From the NCBI GenBank assembly GCA_018058035.1, contig JAGPCN010000002.1:1-34165 (forward strand): a stretch of DNA of 34,165 nt. The letters are read 5' to 3'. Below, piece after piece: positions 17,925-26,604 of this stretch. A program made the translations under genes and the position numbers. Source of the stretch: Fuscovulum sp. (GTDB taxonomy: Bacteria; Pseudomonadota; Alphaproteobacteria; Rhodobacterales; Rhodobacteraceae). The first letter of the stretch is position 1, and the number at the start of each line of letters is the position of its first letter. The notes under the pieces were generated by a model. It saw only the letters and a program-made list of their open reading frames with translations. It searched no databases and was not told the origin of the DNA.

Positions 17925-19328
17925 CTATTTCAGCGACGCTTTCCACCGGGCAATCTGCGCCCGCACCTGGTCGGGCGCGGTTCCGCCATAGCTCATCCGC
18001 GACCGGACCGAGTTTTCCACCCCCAGCACGGAATAGACCTCTTGCGTGATCCCCGGATGCACGGCGGTCATCTCGGTCAGCGACAGCTCTGGCAGGTCGC
18101 AGCCCTTCTTTTCGGCCAGCGCGACCAGCGTGCCGGTGACGTGATGCGCCTCGCGGAACGGCAGGTTCAGGTTGCGCACCAGCCAGTCGGCCAGGTCGGT
18201 GGCGGTGGAAAAGCCGCTGGCGGCGGCGGCCTTCAGGGTGTCGCGGTTGGCGGTCATGTCGCCGACCATTCCGGTCATCGCGGCCAGCCCCAGCATCAGG
18301 CTGTCGGCGGCGTCAAAGACCTGTTCCTTGTCCTCTTGCATGTCCTTGGAATAGGTCAGCGCCAGCCCCTTCATCACGGTGAACAGCGCCACCGTCGCCC
18401 CCAGGATGCGGCCCAGCTTGGCGCGCAAGAGTTCCGCCGCGTCGGGGTTCTTCTTCTGCGGCATGATGCTGGACCCGGTGGTCCACTTGTCCGACAGGCG
18501 GACAAAGCGGAACTGCGCCGAAGACCAGATCACCAGTTCTTCGGCAAAGCGGCTCAGGTGCATGGCGCAGATGCTGGAGGCCGCAAGGAACTCCAGCGCG
18601 AAGTCGCGGTCGCTGACCGAATCCAGGCTGTTTGCCGTCGGCCGGTCGAACCCCAGGGCCTTGGCCGTCATGTGGCGGTCGATCGGGAACCCGGTGCCCG
18701 CCAGCGCCGCCGCGCCCAGCGGGCATTCGTTCATCCGTTTCCGCGCGTCTTCGAACCGCGACCTATCGCGGGCGAACATCTCGACATAGGCCATCATGTG
18801 GTGGCCCCAGGTCACCGGCTGCGCGGTCTGCAGGTGGGTGAAGCCCGGCATCACCCAATCCGCCCCGGCCTCGGCCTGGGCGACGAAGGCCCGCATCAGC
18901 CCGGTCAGCCCATCCATCGCCGCATCGCACTGGTCGCGGACCCAAAGCCGGAAGTCGACCGCCACCTGGTCGTTGCGGCTGCGGCCCGTGTGCAGGCGCT
19001 TGCCGGCCTCGCCCACGATCTCGGTCAGGCGGGATTCGACGTTCAGGTGGATATCCTCCAACTCGACCCGGAACCGGAACGCGCCGCCCTCGATTTCTGA
19101 CAAGACCGTGAGAAGGCCTTCCCCGATGGCCTTCGCATCGCTATCCGTCAGGATGCCCGTCGCCGCCAGCATGGCGGCATGGGCACGCGAGCCGGCAATG
19201 TCCTGCGCGTAAAGCCGCTGGTCGAACCCGATCGAGGCGTTGATCGCCTGCATGATCGCGTCCGGCCCTTCGGCAAAGCGCCCGCCCCACATCTGGTTGG
19301 CGGTCTGGGTCTTGTCGGAAGCGGTCAT
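17925..19328 (-). CDS. argH: Argininosuccinate lyase
   Basis: [51 protein letters not shown]. Confidence 0.98.
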   Translation of the reverse strand: MTASDKTQTANQMWGGRFAEGPDAIMQAINASIGFDQRLYAQDIAGSRAHAAMLAATGILTDSDAKAIGEGLLTVLSEIEGGAFRFRVELEDIHLNVESRLTEIVGEAGKRLHTGRSRNDQVAVDFRLWVRDQCDAAMDGLTGLMRAFVAQAEAGADWVMPGFTHLQTAQPVTWGHHMMAYVEMFARDRSRFEDARKRMNECPLGAAALAGTGFPIDRHMTAKALGFDRPTANSLDSVSDRDFALEFLAASSICAMHLSRFAEELVIWSSAQFRFVRLSDKWTTGSSIMPQKKNPDAAELLRAKLGRILGATVALFTVMKGLALTYSKDMQEDKEQVFDAADSLMLGLAAMTGMVGDMTANRDTLKAAAASGFSTATDLADWLVRNLNLPFREAHHVTGTLVALAEKKGCDLPELSLTEMTAVHPGITQEVYSVLGVENSVRSRMSYGGTAPDQVRAQIARWKASLK

Positions 19329-19358
19329 CGGGGTGGCCTTCGGGAAAGGGATCGGGGC

Positions 19359-19898
19359 GTGAGGAAACTTCTGGCGGTTCTTTATACGGGCCTTGCGCTT
19401 GGTGCAAACCCGGGGCTGGCGCAGGATCTGTCGGCGCTGCTGACCGGCGACATGGCCAAGCTGACGCTATCCGACCCCCAGCCCCTGCCCGAGGCCGCGC
19501 TGGTCACGCTGGACGATGCCGAGGCCAGCCTGGCCGACCATCTGGGCAAGTGGGTGGTGGTGAACTTCTGGGCGACCTGGTGCGCCCCCTGCCGGTCGGA
19601 AATGCCCAGCCTGGACCGCCTGCAAGCCGCCATGCCCGACCTGGCGGTGGTGCCGGTCGCCACCGGGCGCAATGCGCCCGAGAACATCGCCCGGTTCTGG
19701 GACGAAGCCGCCATCGCCAACCTGACCTCGCTGCGCGACCCCAAGGGGCTGATGGCGCGGCAGATGGGCATTGCGGGCCTGCCGGTGACGGTGATCCTGA
19801 ACCCCGAGGGGCAAGAGGTGGGCCGCCTGATCGGCGATGCCGCCTGGGACAGCCCCGAGGCGCAGGCGATGTTCCAGGCGCTGATGGCGGGCGGCTGA
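19359..19898 (+). CDS. tlpA: TlpA-family thiol:disulfide oxidoreductase
   Basis: [23 protein letters not shown]; signal peptide from GTG 19359; divergent from argH. Confidence 0.9.
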   Translation: MRKLLAVLYTGLALGANPGLAQDLSALLTGDMAKLTLSDPQPLPEAALVTLDDAEASLADHLGKWVVVNFWATWCAPCRSEMPSLDRLQAAMPDLAVVPVATGRNAPENIARFWDEAAIANLTSLRDPKGLMARQMGIAGLPVTVILNPEGQEVGRLIGDAAWDSPEAQAMFQALMAGG

Positions 19899-19976
19899 AC
19901 GCCCGCGTTGCCCGAAAGGGGGCGACCTGCTAGGCTGACGGAACCCTTTCAGCACGCACCGGAATTTCCCGCCGCC

Positions 19977-20582
19977 ATGCCGCAGATCAGCCGCCGCGCC
20001 GCCCTTGCCGCCCCGCTTGCCCTGTTGCCCACTCGCCTGCTGGCGCTGGACGGCATCGGCACTACGACCCGGCTTGTCGGTAGCGGCCGGCTGGTCCACG
20101 GCGGGGTGCAGGTGCCGCTGGCCGTCGGCGCCATGCTGGCCGAGGGCGACCGCGTCCGCATCGGCGCGGCGGCCGTGGCGCAGCTTAAGCTGAACACCGA
20201 CACCTTCATCAACATGGGCCCCGAGACCGAGGTGACCATTGACCGCTACCTGGCCGACGTGGGCGGCACGATCACGCTGGGCGGCGCCATCGTCTTTGAC
20301 CGCGACGATGGGTTGCCGCCGGTGGACCTGACCTTCCAGACCGAATTCGGCCAGATCGGGGTGCGCGGCACGCGGTTCTTCTTTGGCCCGTCCAAGGGCA
20401 TCGCGGGCACGGTCTTTGTCGACCGCGGGCAGGTCACGGTGACGAACGCGGGCGTCACGCGCCGGTTGCGGGCGGGCGACGGGGTCGACATGGTGGCCGG
20501 CGGCCCGCCGTCAGAGGTGGCGCAGTGGAAGGCGCCGCGGATCGAGGCGGCCTTTGCCCTGGTCGGGCTGCAACGCGGCTGA
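19977..20582 (+). CDS. Periplasmic FecR-domain protein
   Basis: Tat-like signal MPQISRRAAL; L.EGD.V, IGVRGTRF, V.V.RG.V.V FecR-type motifs; no N-terminal anti-sigma domain. Confidence 0.85.
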   Translation: MPQISRRAALAAPLALLPTRLLALDGIGTTTRLVGSGRLVHGGVQVPLAVGAMLAEGDRVRIGAAAVAQLKLNTDTFINMGPETEVTIDRYLADVGGTITLGGAIVFDRDDGLPPVDLTFQTEFGQIGVRGTRFFFGPSKGIAGTVFVDRGQVTVTNAGVTRRLRAGDGVDMVAGGPPSEVAQWKAPRIEAAFALVGLQRG

Positions 20583-20655
20583 GGGCCGCCGATCACGCCC
20601 CTTTACCGCCGCGCCCGCATGACGCAGCATCCGCGCGGGGCACCAAGGGGGCAGC

Positions 20656-21348
20656 ATGACGGGGCGGGCGTTCTGGAAATCCTTTCGCATGTTCGCGCCG
20701 CTTCCGCCCGAGGCGCTGGACGCCATCGCCGCCGCCGCCCAATCGCGCCGCTGGTCGGCCGGAGAGATGATCTTTCAGCGCGGCGATCCGGGCGACTGGC
20801 TGGTCGCGCTGGAAAGCGGGCGGGTGCGGATCGTGCTGACCACGCCGGCGGGGCGCGAGCTGGTGCTGCGCCAGGCCGGCCCGGGCGAGATGCTGGGCGA
20901 ACTGGCGCTGTTCGACGCCGAGCCGCGGTCGGCCGACGCCACCGCGGCCGAGCCGACGCTGGGCCATATCCTGTCCCGTGCCGAATTCCGCGCCATCGCC
21001 GCCCGCCACCCCTCGCTGAACCAGGCCGCACTGGCGCATCTGTCGGCGATGCTGCGCGACACCACTGGGCAGCTGGAATCCATCGCGCTTTATCAGCTGC
21101 GGGCACGGGTGGCGCGGTTCTTCCTGTTTGCGCTGGCGCAACTGAACGGCGACGACATCCCGCCCGATGCCGCGCTGCGCCTGCAGGTCAGCCAGGGAGA
21201 GCTGGCGGCGATGCTGGGCGCCAGCCGGCCCAAGGTGAACCGGGTCCTGCAAGAGTTCCGCGAAGAAGGGCTGTTGCGCGACGAGGGCGGCGGGGTCTGG
21301 CGCTGCGACCCCGACCGCTTGCGCGACGAAGCCGCGGCGGATGACTGA
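20656..21348 (+). CDS. Crp/Fnr-family cAMP-binding regulator, Clr-like
   Basis: cNMP pocket GELALFDAEPRSA; HTH SQGELAAMLGASRPKVNR; no FNR-type cysteines. Confidence 0.92.
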   Translation: MTGRAFWKSFRMFAPLPPEALDAIAAAAQSRRWSAGEMIFQRGDPGDWLVALESGRVRIVLTTPAGRELVLRQAGPGEMLGELALFDAEPRSADATAAEPTLGHILSRAEFRAIAARHPSLNQAALAHLSAMLRDTTGQLESIALYQLRARVARFFLFALAQLNGDDIPPDAALRLQVSQGELAAMLGASRPKVNRVLQEFREEGLLRDEGGGVWRCDPDRLRDEAAADD

Positions 21349-23161
21349 CCGCCGGCCCCTGCGTCCCGTGCCGCTGGCGGTCGTGCTGGGGCTGTCGGTC
21401 GTGGCGGCGCTGGCGCTGTGGTGGGCGCCGCCGGCGCTGATCCGCTGGCAGGACGTCGCGCTGGATGTGCTGGTGCGGCTGGTGCCGCCGCCCGCGCCAT
21501 CCGGCCCCCCGGTCGTGGTCGTCGATATCGGCGAGACCGATGACACGGGCGCGCCCTGGACGCGCGCCGCCTCGGCCCGGCTGGCGGCGGCGATCGCGCA
21601 GGCCGAACCCGCTGCGGTGGGGTGGGACATCGTCTTTGCGGGCGATTGCGACCCCGCCCAGCCGGTGACGGCCGCGCTGGCCGCCGCCTTGTCGCGCGCG
21701 CCGACGGCCCTGGGCTTCCTGCTGTCGCCCACCCCGCCCGACGTGCCCGCGCCGCCCGCCGTCCTGGCCGTGGCCGATCCGGCGCCCGCGTTCTGGCGGT
21801 CCGAGGGGGCTGAGCAGCCCTGCCCGGCCTTCGTTGCCGCCGCGCGCGGGCTGGGCGCCCTGTCGCTGCCCGGCGACGCCAGCGCCCGTGTCCGTCTGGT
21901 GCCCGCGGCGGTGCTGGCGGCCGGCGCCCCGCGCCTGTCGCTGCCGGTCGAGACCCTGCGCCTGGCGCTGGCGCTGCCGACGCCGGTGATCGGCGGCACG
22001 CCGGCCACCCTGCGGCTGGGCGACCACCGGCTTAGGCTGGACCCCGGCGCGATGCTGCGGTTTCGCCCGTCATCGGCCGACCGGCGCGCGGCGCGCACGC
22101 TGAGCGCCGCGCAGGTGCTGGCGGGCGAAGGGGCGGCGCGGCTGGCGGGGGCGGTGGTCTTCGTCGGATCCTCGCTGCCCAGCCGGGGCGGGCTGCGGCC
22201 CACCGCGGCCGATCCGCTGTATCCTTCGGTGCAGATCGCGGCGGATCTGGCCGAGGGGATTGCGGCAGGGCGGCTGCCCTGGCGCCCAACTTCGGCCCCC
22301 ATGGTCGAGGCGGCAGGCGTTCTGCTGGCCGGGGCGGCCGCTGCGGCGATGGTCGCGCTGCTGCCGCCGCTGGCCGCGTTGGCGGGCGCCGCGGCGCTGG
22401 CGCTGGCCTGGGCATTGGCCAGCCTGGGCCTGCACGCCGCGACCGGGCGGCTGTATGACCCGGCCTTGCCCGCGCTGGCCATCCTGGGGTCTGCCACCGC
22501 GGGCCTGCTGGTGCAGGCCGCTGCCACCGCCCGGGCGGAACGGGCGCTGCGCGACCGCATGGGGCAGCTTTTGCCCGCGCCCGTGGTTGCCCGGCTGATC
22601 GCCGATCCGCGGCTCTTGCGGCTGGCGGGCGAGCGGCGCGAGGTGACGGCGCTGTTCACCGACATCGAGGGCTTTTCCGCCCTGGCCAACCGCCTGCCGC
22701 CCGAGGAGCTGATCGCCACGCTGGACCGCTACTTCACCGCCGTCTCGGCCATCGTCCTGCGGCATGGCGGCATGATCGACAAGATCGTCGGCGACGGCGT
22801 CCATGCCCTCTTCAACGCTCCACTGGACCAGCCCGGCCATGTCGATGCGGCCCTGGCCGCCGCCGCCCAGATCCGGGCCGAGACCGAGGCGCAGCGCCCT
22901 GAACTGGGCCTGGGCCGCACCCGGATCGGGGTCGAGACCGGGCCCGCGATCCTGGGCGACGTGGGGTCAGGTGCGCGCATCGACTATACCGCGCATGGCC
23001 CCGCGGTGAACCTGGCCGCGCGGCTGCAAGAGGCGGGCAAGACGCTGGGCCCCGCCGTGATCGTCGGCCCCGCGGCGGCGGCGCAGGCCAGCCGCCCCCT
23101 GCGCCCCCTGGGTCAGGTCGAGGTGCGCTCCTTCGGCCTTCTTGCGCTGTTCACCCTGTAG
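21341..23161 (+). CDS. CHASE2-domain class III adenylate cyclase
   Basis: N-terminal TM, VVVVDI...PWTR...VGWDIVF (CHASE2), three TMs, then FTDIEGFS, DKIVGDG, DYTAHG..VNLAARL. Confidence 0.92.
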   Translation: MTDRRPLRPVPLAVVLGLSVVAALALWWAPPALIRWQDVALDVLVRLVPPPAPSGPPVVVVDIGETDDTGAPWTRAASARLAAAIAQAEPAAVGWDIVFAGDCDPAQPVTAALAAALSRAPTALGFLLSPTPPDVPAPPAVLAVADPAPAFWRSEGAEQPCPAFVAAARGLGALSLPGDASARVRLVPAAVLAAGAPRLSLPVETLRLALALPTPVIGGTPATLRLGDHRLRLDPGAMLRFRPSSADRRAARTLSAAQVLAGEGAARLAGAVVFVGSSLPSRGGLRPTAADPLYPSVQIAADLAEGIAAGRLPWRPTSAPMVEAAGVLLAGAAAAAMVALLPPLAALAGAAALALAWALASLGLHAATGRLYDPALPALAILGSATAGLLVQAAATARAERALRDRMGQLLPAPVVARLIADPRLLRLAGERREVTALFTDIEGFSALANRLPPEELIATLDRYFTAVSAIVLRHGGMIDKIVGDGVHALFNAPLDQPGHVDAALAAAAQIRAETEAQRPELGLGRTRIGVETGPAILGDVGSGARIDYTAHGPAVNLAARLQEAGKTLGPAVIVGPAAAAQASRPLRPLGQVEVRSFGLLALFTL

Positions 23162-23164
23162 GGC

Positions 23165-23180
23165 TGTTCCGCCGGGAACA
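23165..23180. promoter_or_regulatory. Candidate Clr (cAMP-Crp) binding box
   Basis: TGTTCC-GCCG-GGAACA palindrome fits the Clr consensus HGTYHC-N4-GRWACA as I recall it; 4 nt after the cyclase stop; GCCACAAC -10-like element at 23201-23208. Confidence 0.6.
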
Positions 23181-23213
23181 GCGGCCACCGCGCCCGGCGT
23201 GCCACAACACCCC

Positions 23214-23314
23214 TGCCGGCACAGAGTGGACGCCGGCGGTTTTGAAGAATGCCTTTGCGAAAATACCTTTGCCCGCCGGTGCCGGATCTTCCCCTTCCGG
23301 CATCGGCGGGTGTG
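23214..23314 (+). ncRNA. Candidate cAMP/Clr-activated small RNA
   Basis: 5' hairpin 23213-23239, AU-rich linker, 16-bp 3' hairpin 23271-23311 with loop UCUUCCCCU; the G-U wobbles form only on the + strand. Confidence 0.35.
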
Positions 23315-24103
23315 TCACAGGTCGAAGGTGGCAAAGACCGGGGCGTGGTCGCTGGGCTGGTCCCAGCCGCGGGCGGCGCGCAGGATGCGGCTGCCGTGCG
23401 CCGCGCCGGAAATGTCGGGCGTGGCCCAGATGTGGTCCAGCCGGCGGCCCTTGTCGGCGGCGTCCCAGTCGGGCGCGCGATAGCTCCACCAGCTGTAGAG
23501 CAGGCCCTGCGGGATGTCGGCCCGGGTCACGTCCACCCAACGCCCGGCCTCTTGCGCCTGGGCCAGATGGTCGATTTCGATGGGCGTGTGGCTGACGATC
23601 TTCAAGAGCGCCTTGTGGTTCCAGACGTCATCCTCGCGCGGGGCGATGTTCAGGTCGCCCACCAGGATCGACCGTTCCGGCCGGTCCATGCGGAAGGCGT
23701 CGCGCATGTCGGTCAGGAAATCCAGCTTCTGGCCGAATTTCACGTTTTCCGCCCGGTCCGGGATGTCGCCGCCGGCGGGCACATAGCAGTTGTGGATGGT
23801 GACGCCATTTTCCAGCCGCGCCGCGACGTGGCGGGCATGACCCAGCGTCGCGTAATCCCGGTCGCCCGCATCGGTGATCGGCAGCTTCGACAGGATCGCG
23901 ACGCCGTTGTAGCCCTTTTGCCCGCGCGCCACCATCCAGCGGTAGCCAAGCGCCTGGAACTGCTCCAGCGGGATCTTGTCGACCGGGCTCTTGCATTCCT
24001 GCAGGCACAGGACGTCGGGCGCCTCGTCGGCCATCAGCTTTGCCACCAGCCCCTCGCGCAAGCGGACCGAGTTGATGTTCCAGGTGGCAAGGGTAAAGGG
24101 CAT
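23315..24103 (-). CDS. xth: Exodeoxyribonuclease III
   Basis: ATWNINSVRLR, LCLQE.K, KGYNGVA, VGDLNIAP, YSWWSYR, GRRLDHIW, PSDHAPV. Confidence 0.95.
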   Translation of the reverse strand: MPFTLATWNINSVRLREGLVAKLMADEAPDVLCLQECKSPVDKIPLEQFQALGYRWMVARGQKGYNGVAILSKLPITDAGDRDYATLGHARHVAARLENGVTIHNCYVPAGGDIPDRAENVKFGQKLDFLTDMRDAFRMDRPERSILVGDLNIAPREDDVWNHKALLKIVSHTPIEIDHLAQAQEAGRWVDVTRADIPQGLLYSWWSYRAPDWDAADKGRRLDHIWATPDISGAAHGSRILRAARGWDQPSDHAPVFATFDL

Positions 24104-24147
24104 CCGCGTCTCCTTGGCAGGGACCCAAGGTTAGGGGCGCGGCGGGC

Positions 24148-24197
24148 AAAAGAAAAGCCCGGTCCAGAAGGGGCCGGGCCAAGTCCAACAGGGAGGT
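24148..24197 (-). ncRNA. suhB/MmgR (alpha-r8)-like sRNA, copy 1
   Basis: Minus strand ACCTCCCTGTTGGACTTG-GCCCGGCCCC-TTCT-GGACCGGGC-TTTTCTTTT: CU-rich seed followed by an intrinsic terminator. 5' end inferred. Confidence 0.65.
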
Positions 24198-24203
24198 GAG
24201 TAT

Positions 24204-24246
24204 CTTATACCACCGAATCCCCCCGCTGCGAATTGACCCAAATCAA
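24204..24246 (-). promoter_or_regulatory. FNR/FnrL-type box plus -10 element upstream of sRNA copy 1
   Basis: TTGAC-CCAA-ATCAA at 24233-24246; TATAAG (minus strand) at 24209-24204; class II spacing. Confidence 0.6.
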
Positions 24247-24350
24247 AACTTCAGGAGTCATTGTTTTTCGGCCACAACTCCAGATTGCGGCGACGCCGGG
24301 CCGATGGAGGCGGGGATTGACGCCGGCGCGCGGCGGGGGAAAGTGGCGCG

Positions 24351-25580
24351 ATGCAAGATCCGCTTCGCCTTTGGTCCGGCCGCGATTTCCGCCTGTTGTT
24401 CTCGGCCTCGGCGGCGACCAACCTGGGCGACGGGCTGATCGCGGTGGCGGTGCCCTGGCTGGCGACGCTGTTGACCGACGATCCGCTGCTGATCGGGCTG
24501 GTGGCGGCGAACCGGCATCTGCCATGGGCGCTCTTCGCGCTGCCGGCCGGGGTGCTGACCGATCGCCACGACCATCGCCGCCTGATCCTGGCCGCCGATG
24601 CGGCGCGGCTGCTGCTGTCGCTGGCCCTGTGCGCGCTGGCGCTGACGGCCGCGCCGGGCACTGGGCCGGTGCTGGGGCTGGCGGCACTGGCCTTCCTCTT
24701 GGGCACGACCGAGGTGGTGCGCGACAACACCGCGCAAACCTTTCTGCCGGGGGTGGTCGACAAGACCCATCTTGAGCGCGCGAACGGCGCGCTTTGGGCG
24801 ACCGAGCGGCTGGCCGGGCAACTGGCGGGCCCGCCGCTGGCCGGTTTCCTGATCGGGCTGTCGGTGGCGCTGCCCTTCGGCGCGCAGACGCTGCTGTTGC
24901 TGTCGGCGCTGGTGTTGATCGGGGCGATGCGCGTGACGCGGACGCCTGCTGCGCAGCCGCATCAGCCCGCGCTGGCCGCCATATCCGAGGGGTTGCGCTG
25001 GCTGTGGGGCAACGCCGTCCTGCGCAGGCTGGCGCTGGTGTCGGGCGCGTTCAACTTTGTCGGCTACGGCTTTTTCGCCATCTTCATCCTGTACGCGCAA
25101 AGGGTGCTGGCGCTGGACGTGCAGGGCTATGGCGCGCTCTTGACGCTGGTGGCGGTCGGCGGGCTGGCCGGGTCGGTCTTCGGGCCAAGGGTGGCGCTGC
25201 GGATCGGGCCGACGGCCTCGCTTCTGGTGGGGATCGGGATGTTCTCGGCCAGTTCGGCGGCGCTGGCCTTGCAGGCGCCGCTGCCGGTGATCGCCGGTTT
25301 CATGCTGGCCGATGCCTTCTGCGGCATGCTGTGGGACATAACGGTGGTCAGCTATCGCCAGCGCCATATCCCTGCGCCGCTCTTGGGCCGGGTGAACAGC
25401 GCCTATCGCTTCATCGGCACCGGGCCGGCGGCCCTGGGTGCCTTTGCCTTTGGCGCCATCGTCTCGGCGGTCGAGACCCCGGGTGACCGGATCACCGCGC
25501 TGTTGTGGCCCTATGCGCTGGCGTCTGGGGTGACGGCGGCGCTGGCGGTCTATGCGGTGTTCCGCCTGCGGCTGCGCTAG
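24351..25580 (+). CDS. MFS transporter (efflux, MFS_3/DHA3-like)
   Basis: RDFRLLFSA...NLGDG, GVLTDRHDHRRL, LERANG, RQ..IP..LLGRVNS; about 12 TM segments. Confidence 0.9.
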   Translation: MQDPLRLWSGRDFRLLFSASAATNLGDGLIAVAVPWLATLLTDDPLLIGLVAANRHLPWALFALPAGVLTDRHDHRRLILAADAARLLLSLALCALALTAAPGTGPVLGLAALAFLLGTTEVVRDNTAQTFLPGVVDKTHLERANGALWATERLAGQLAGPPLAGFLIGLSVALPFGAQTLLLLSALVLIGAMRVTRTPAAQPHQPALAAISEGLRWLWGNAVLRRLALVSGAFNFVGYGFFAIFILYAQRVLALDVQGYGALLTLVAVGGLAGSVFGPRVALRIGPTASLLVGIGMFSASSAALALQAPLPVIAGFMLADAFCGMLWDITVVSYRQRHIPAPLLGRVNSAYRFIGTGPAALGAFAFGAIVSAVETPGDRITALLWPYALASGVTAALAVYAVFRLRLR

Positions 25581-25584
25581 GCGC

Positions 25585-25676
25585 AAAAAAAAGGCCGGGC
25601 ACGAGGCCCGGCCAGTCCAACAGGGAGGATGCCGTGTCATGACCCCGACACGGCAAGGGGAACGATGAAAGCTTAC
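25585..25676 (-). ncRNA. suhB/MmgR (alpha-r8)-like sRNA, copy 2
   Basis: Minus strand TGCCGTGTC-N8-GACACGGCA hairpin, TCCTCCCTGTTGGACT, then GGCCGGGC-CTCGT-GCCCGGCC-T8 terminator. 5' end inferred. Confidence 0.65.
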
Positions 25677-25698
25677 CCGATCTTCATAGCTTGACTTC

Positions 25699-25714
25699 GT
25701 TAATAGCACGTGAA
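25699..25714 (-). promoter_or_regulatory. CtrA-like box upstream of sRNA copy 2
   Basis: Minus strand TTCA-N7-TTAAC (one mismatch to TTAA-N7-TTAAC), followed by GCTATGAA -10-like sequence. Confidence 0.45.
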
Positions 25715-25737
25715 TCCGGCAACAATCGGGCAGGGGA

Positions 25738-26424
25738 TCAGGCGACCAGCCGATACCCCCCGCTTTCGGTGACCAGAAGCCGCGCGTTCGAGGGGTCGGG
25801 CTCGATCTTCTGGCGCAGGCGGTAGATGTGGGTCTCCAGAGTGTGGGTGGTGACCCCGGCGTTATAGCCCCAGACCTCGTGCAGCAGGACATCCCGCGCC
25901 ACCACGCCGGACTGGGCGCGATAGAGGAACTTCAGGATGTTGGTTTCCTTTTCGGTCAGGCGGATCTTCTTGTCCTTCTCGTCCAGCAGCATCTTCTGCG
26001 CCGGCTTGAAGGTATAGGGCCCCAGCTGGAACACCGCGTCCTCGGACTGTTCGTGGGTGCGCAGCTGCGCCCGGATGCGGGCCAGCAGGACCGGAAACTT
26101 GAACGGCTTGGTCACATAGTCGTTGGCGCCCGAATCAAGGCCCAGGATCGTGTCGGCATCGGTGTCGTGGCCGGTCAGCATCATGATCGGGCATTTCACG
26201 CCCTGCTTGCGCATCCGGCGGCACAGCTCGCGCCCGTCGGTGTCGGGCAGCCCGACGTCCAGGATCACCAGGTCATAGATCGCGGCCTTGGCCTTCTCCA
26301 TTCCCTCGGCGCCGGTACGGGCCTCGAACACATCGAAATCCTCGGTCATCACCAGCTGTTCCGACAGCGCCTCTCGCAGGTCGTCGTCGTCGTCCACCAG
26401 CAGGATCTTGCGAAGTTGTGCCAT
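25738..26424 (-). CDS. OmpR-family response regulator (REC + winged helix), orphan
   Basis: MAQLRKILLVDDDD, ILDVGLPD, MLT, GANDYVTKPF, LTEKE..IL, THTLETHIYRLRQKIE; real part of the 824-aa track ORF. Confidence 0.95.
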   Translation of the reverse strand: MAQLRKILLVDDDDDLREALSEQLVMTEDFDVFEARTGAEGMEKAKAAIYDLVILDVGLPDTDGRELCRRMRKQGVKCPIMMLTGHDTDADTILGLDSGANDYVTKPFKFPVLLARIRAQLRTHEQSEDAVFQLGPYTFKPAQKMLLDEKDKKIRLTEKETNILKFLYRAQSGVVARDVLLHEVWGYNAGVTTHTLETHIYRLRQKIEPDPSNARLLVTESGGYRLVA

Positions 26425-26604
26425 GCGTGCAGCCCTTTGGTTTGTCTTGGCGAACAGATGAGTGGCGATCACGAACCCCGCAAGATTTGTGACCGGGGCC
26501 TCACAGGCTCGTGTCGTCTGGGGCGTCTTTGTTTCAGGCTTGTCATCGCGCCCGGCCCGGCGACAAGGCTTCCGGTTTCGAAGCGGGCGGCCTAGAAGGG
26601 GGGC

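Noticed and set aside
19977-20582. FecR gene as part of an iron-uptake FecIRA system
   Set aside because: No ECF sigma factor, TonB-dependent receptor or cytoplasmic anti-sigma domain; context points to the cyclase cassette.
23242-24199. ORFs 23242-23595 and 23249-24199 as protein targets of the Clr box
   Set aside because: They run antisense through xth, lack a clear RBS and look like shadow frames.
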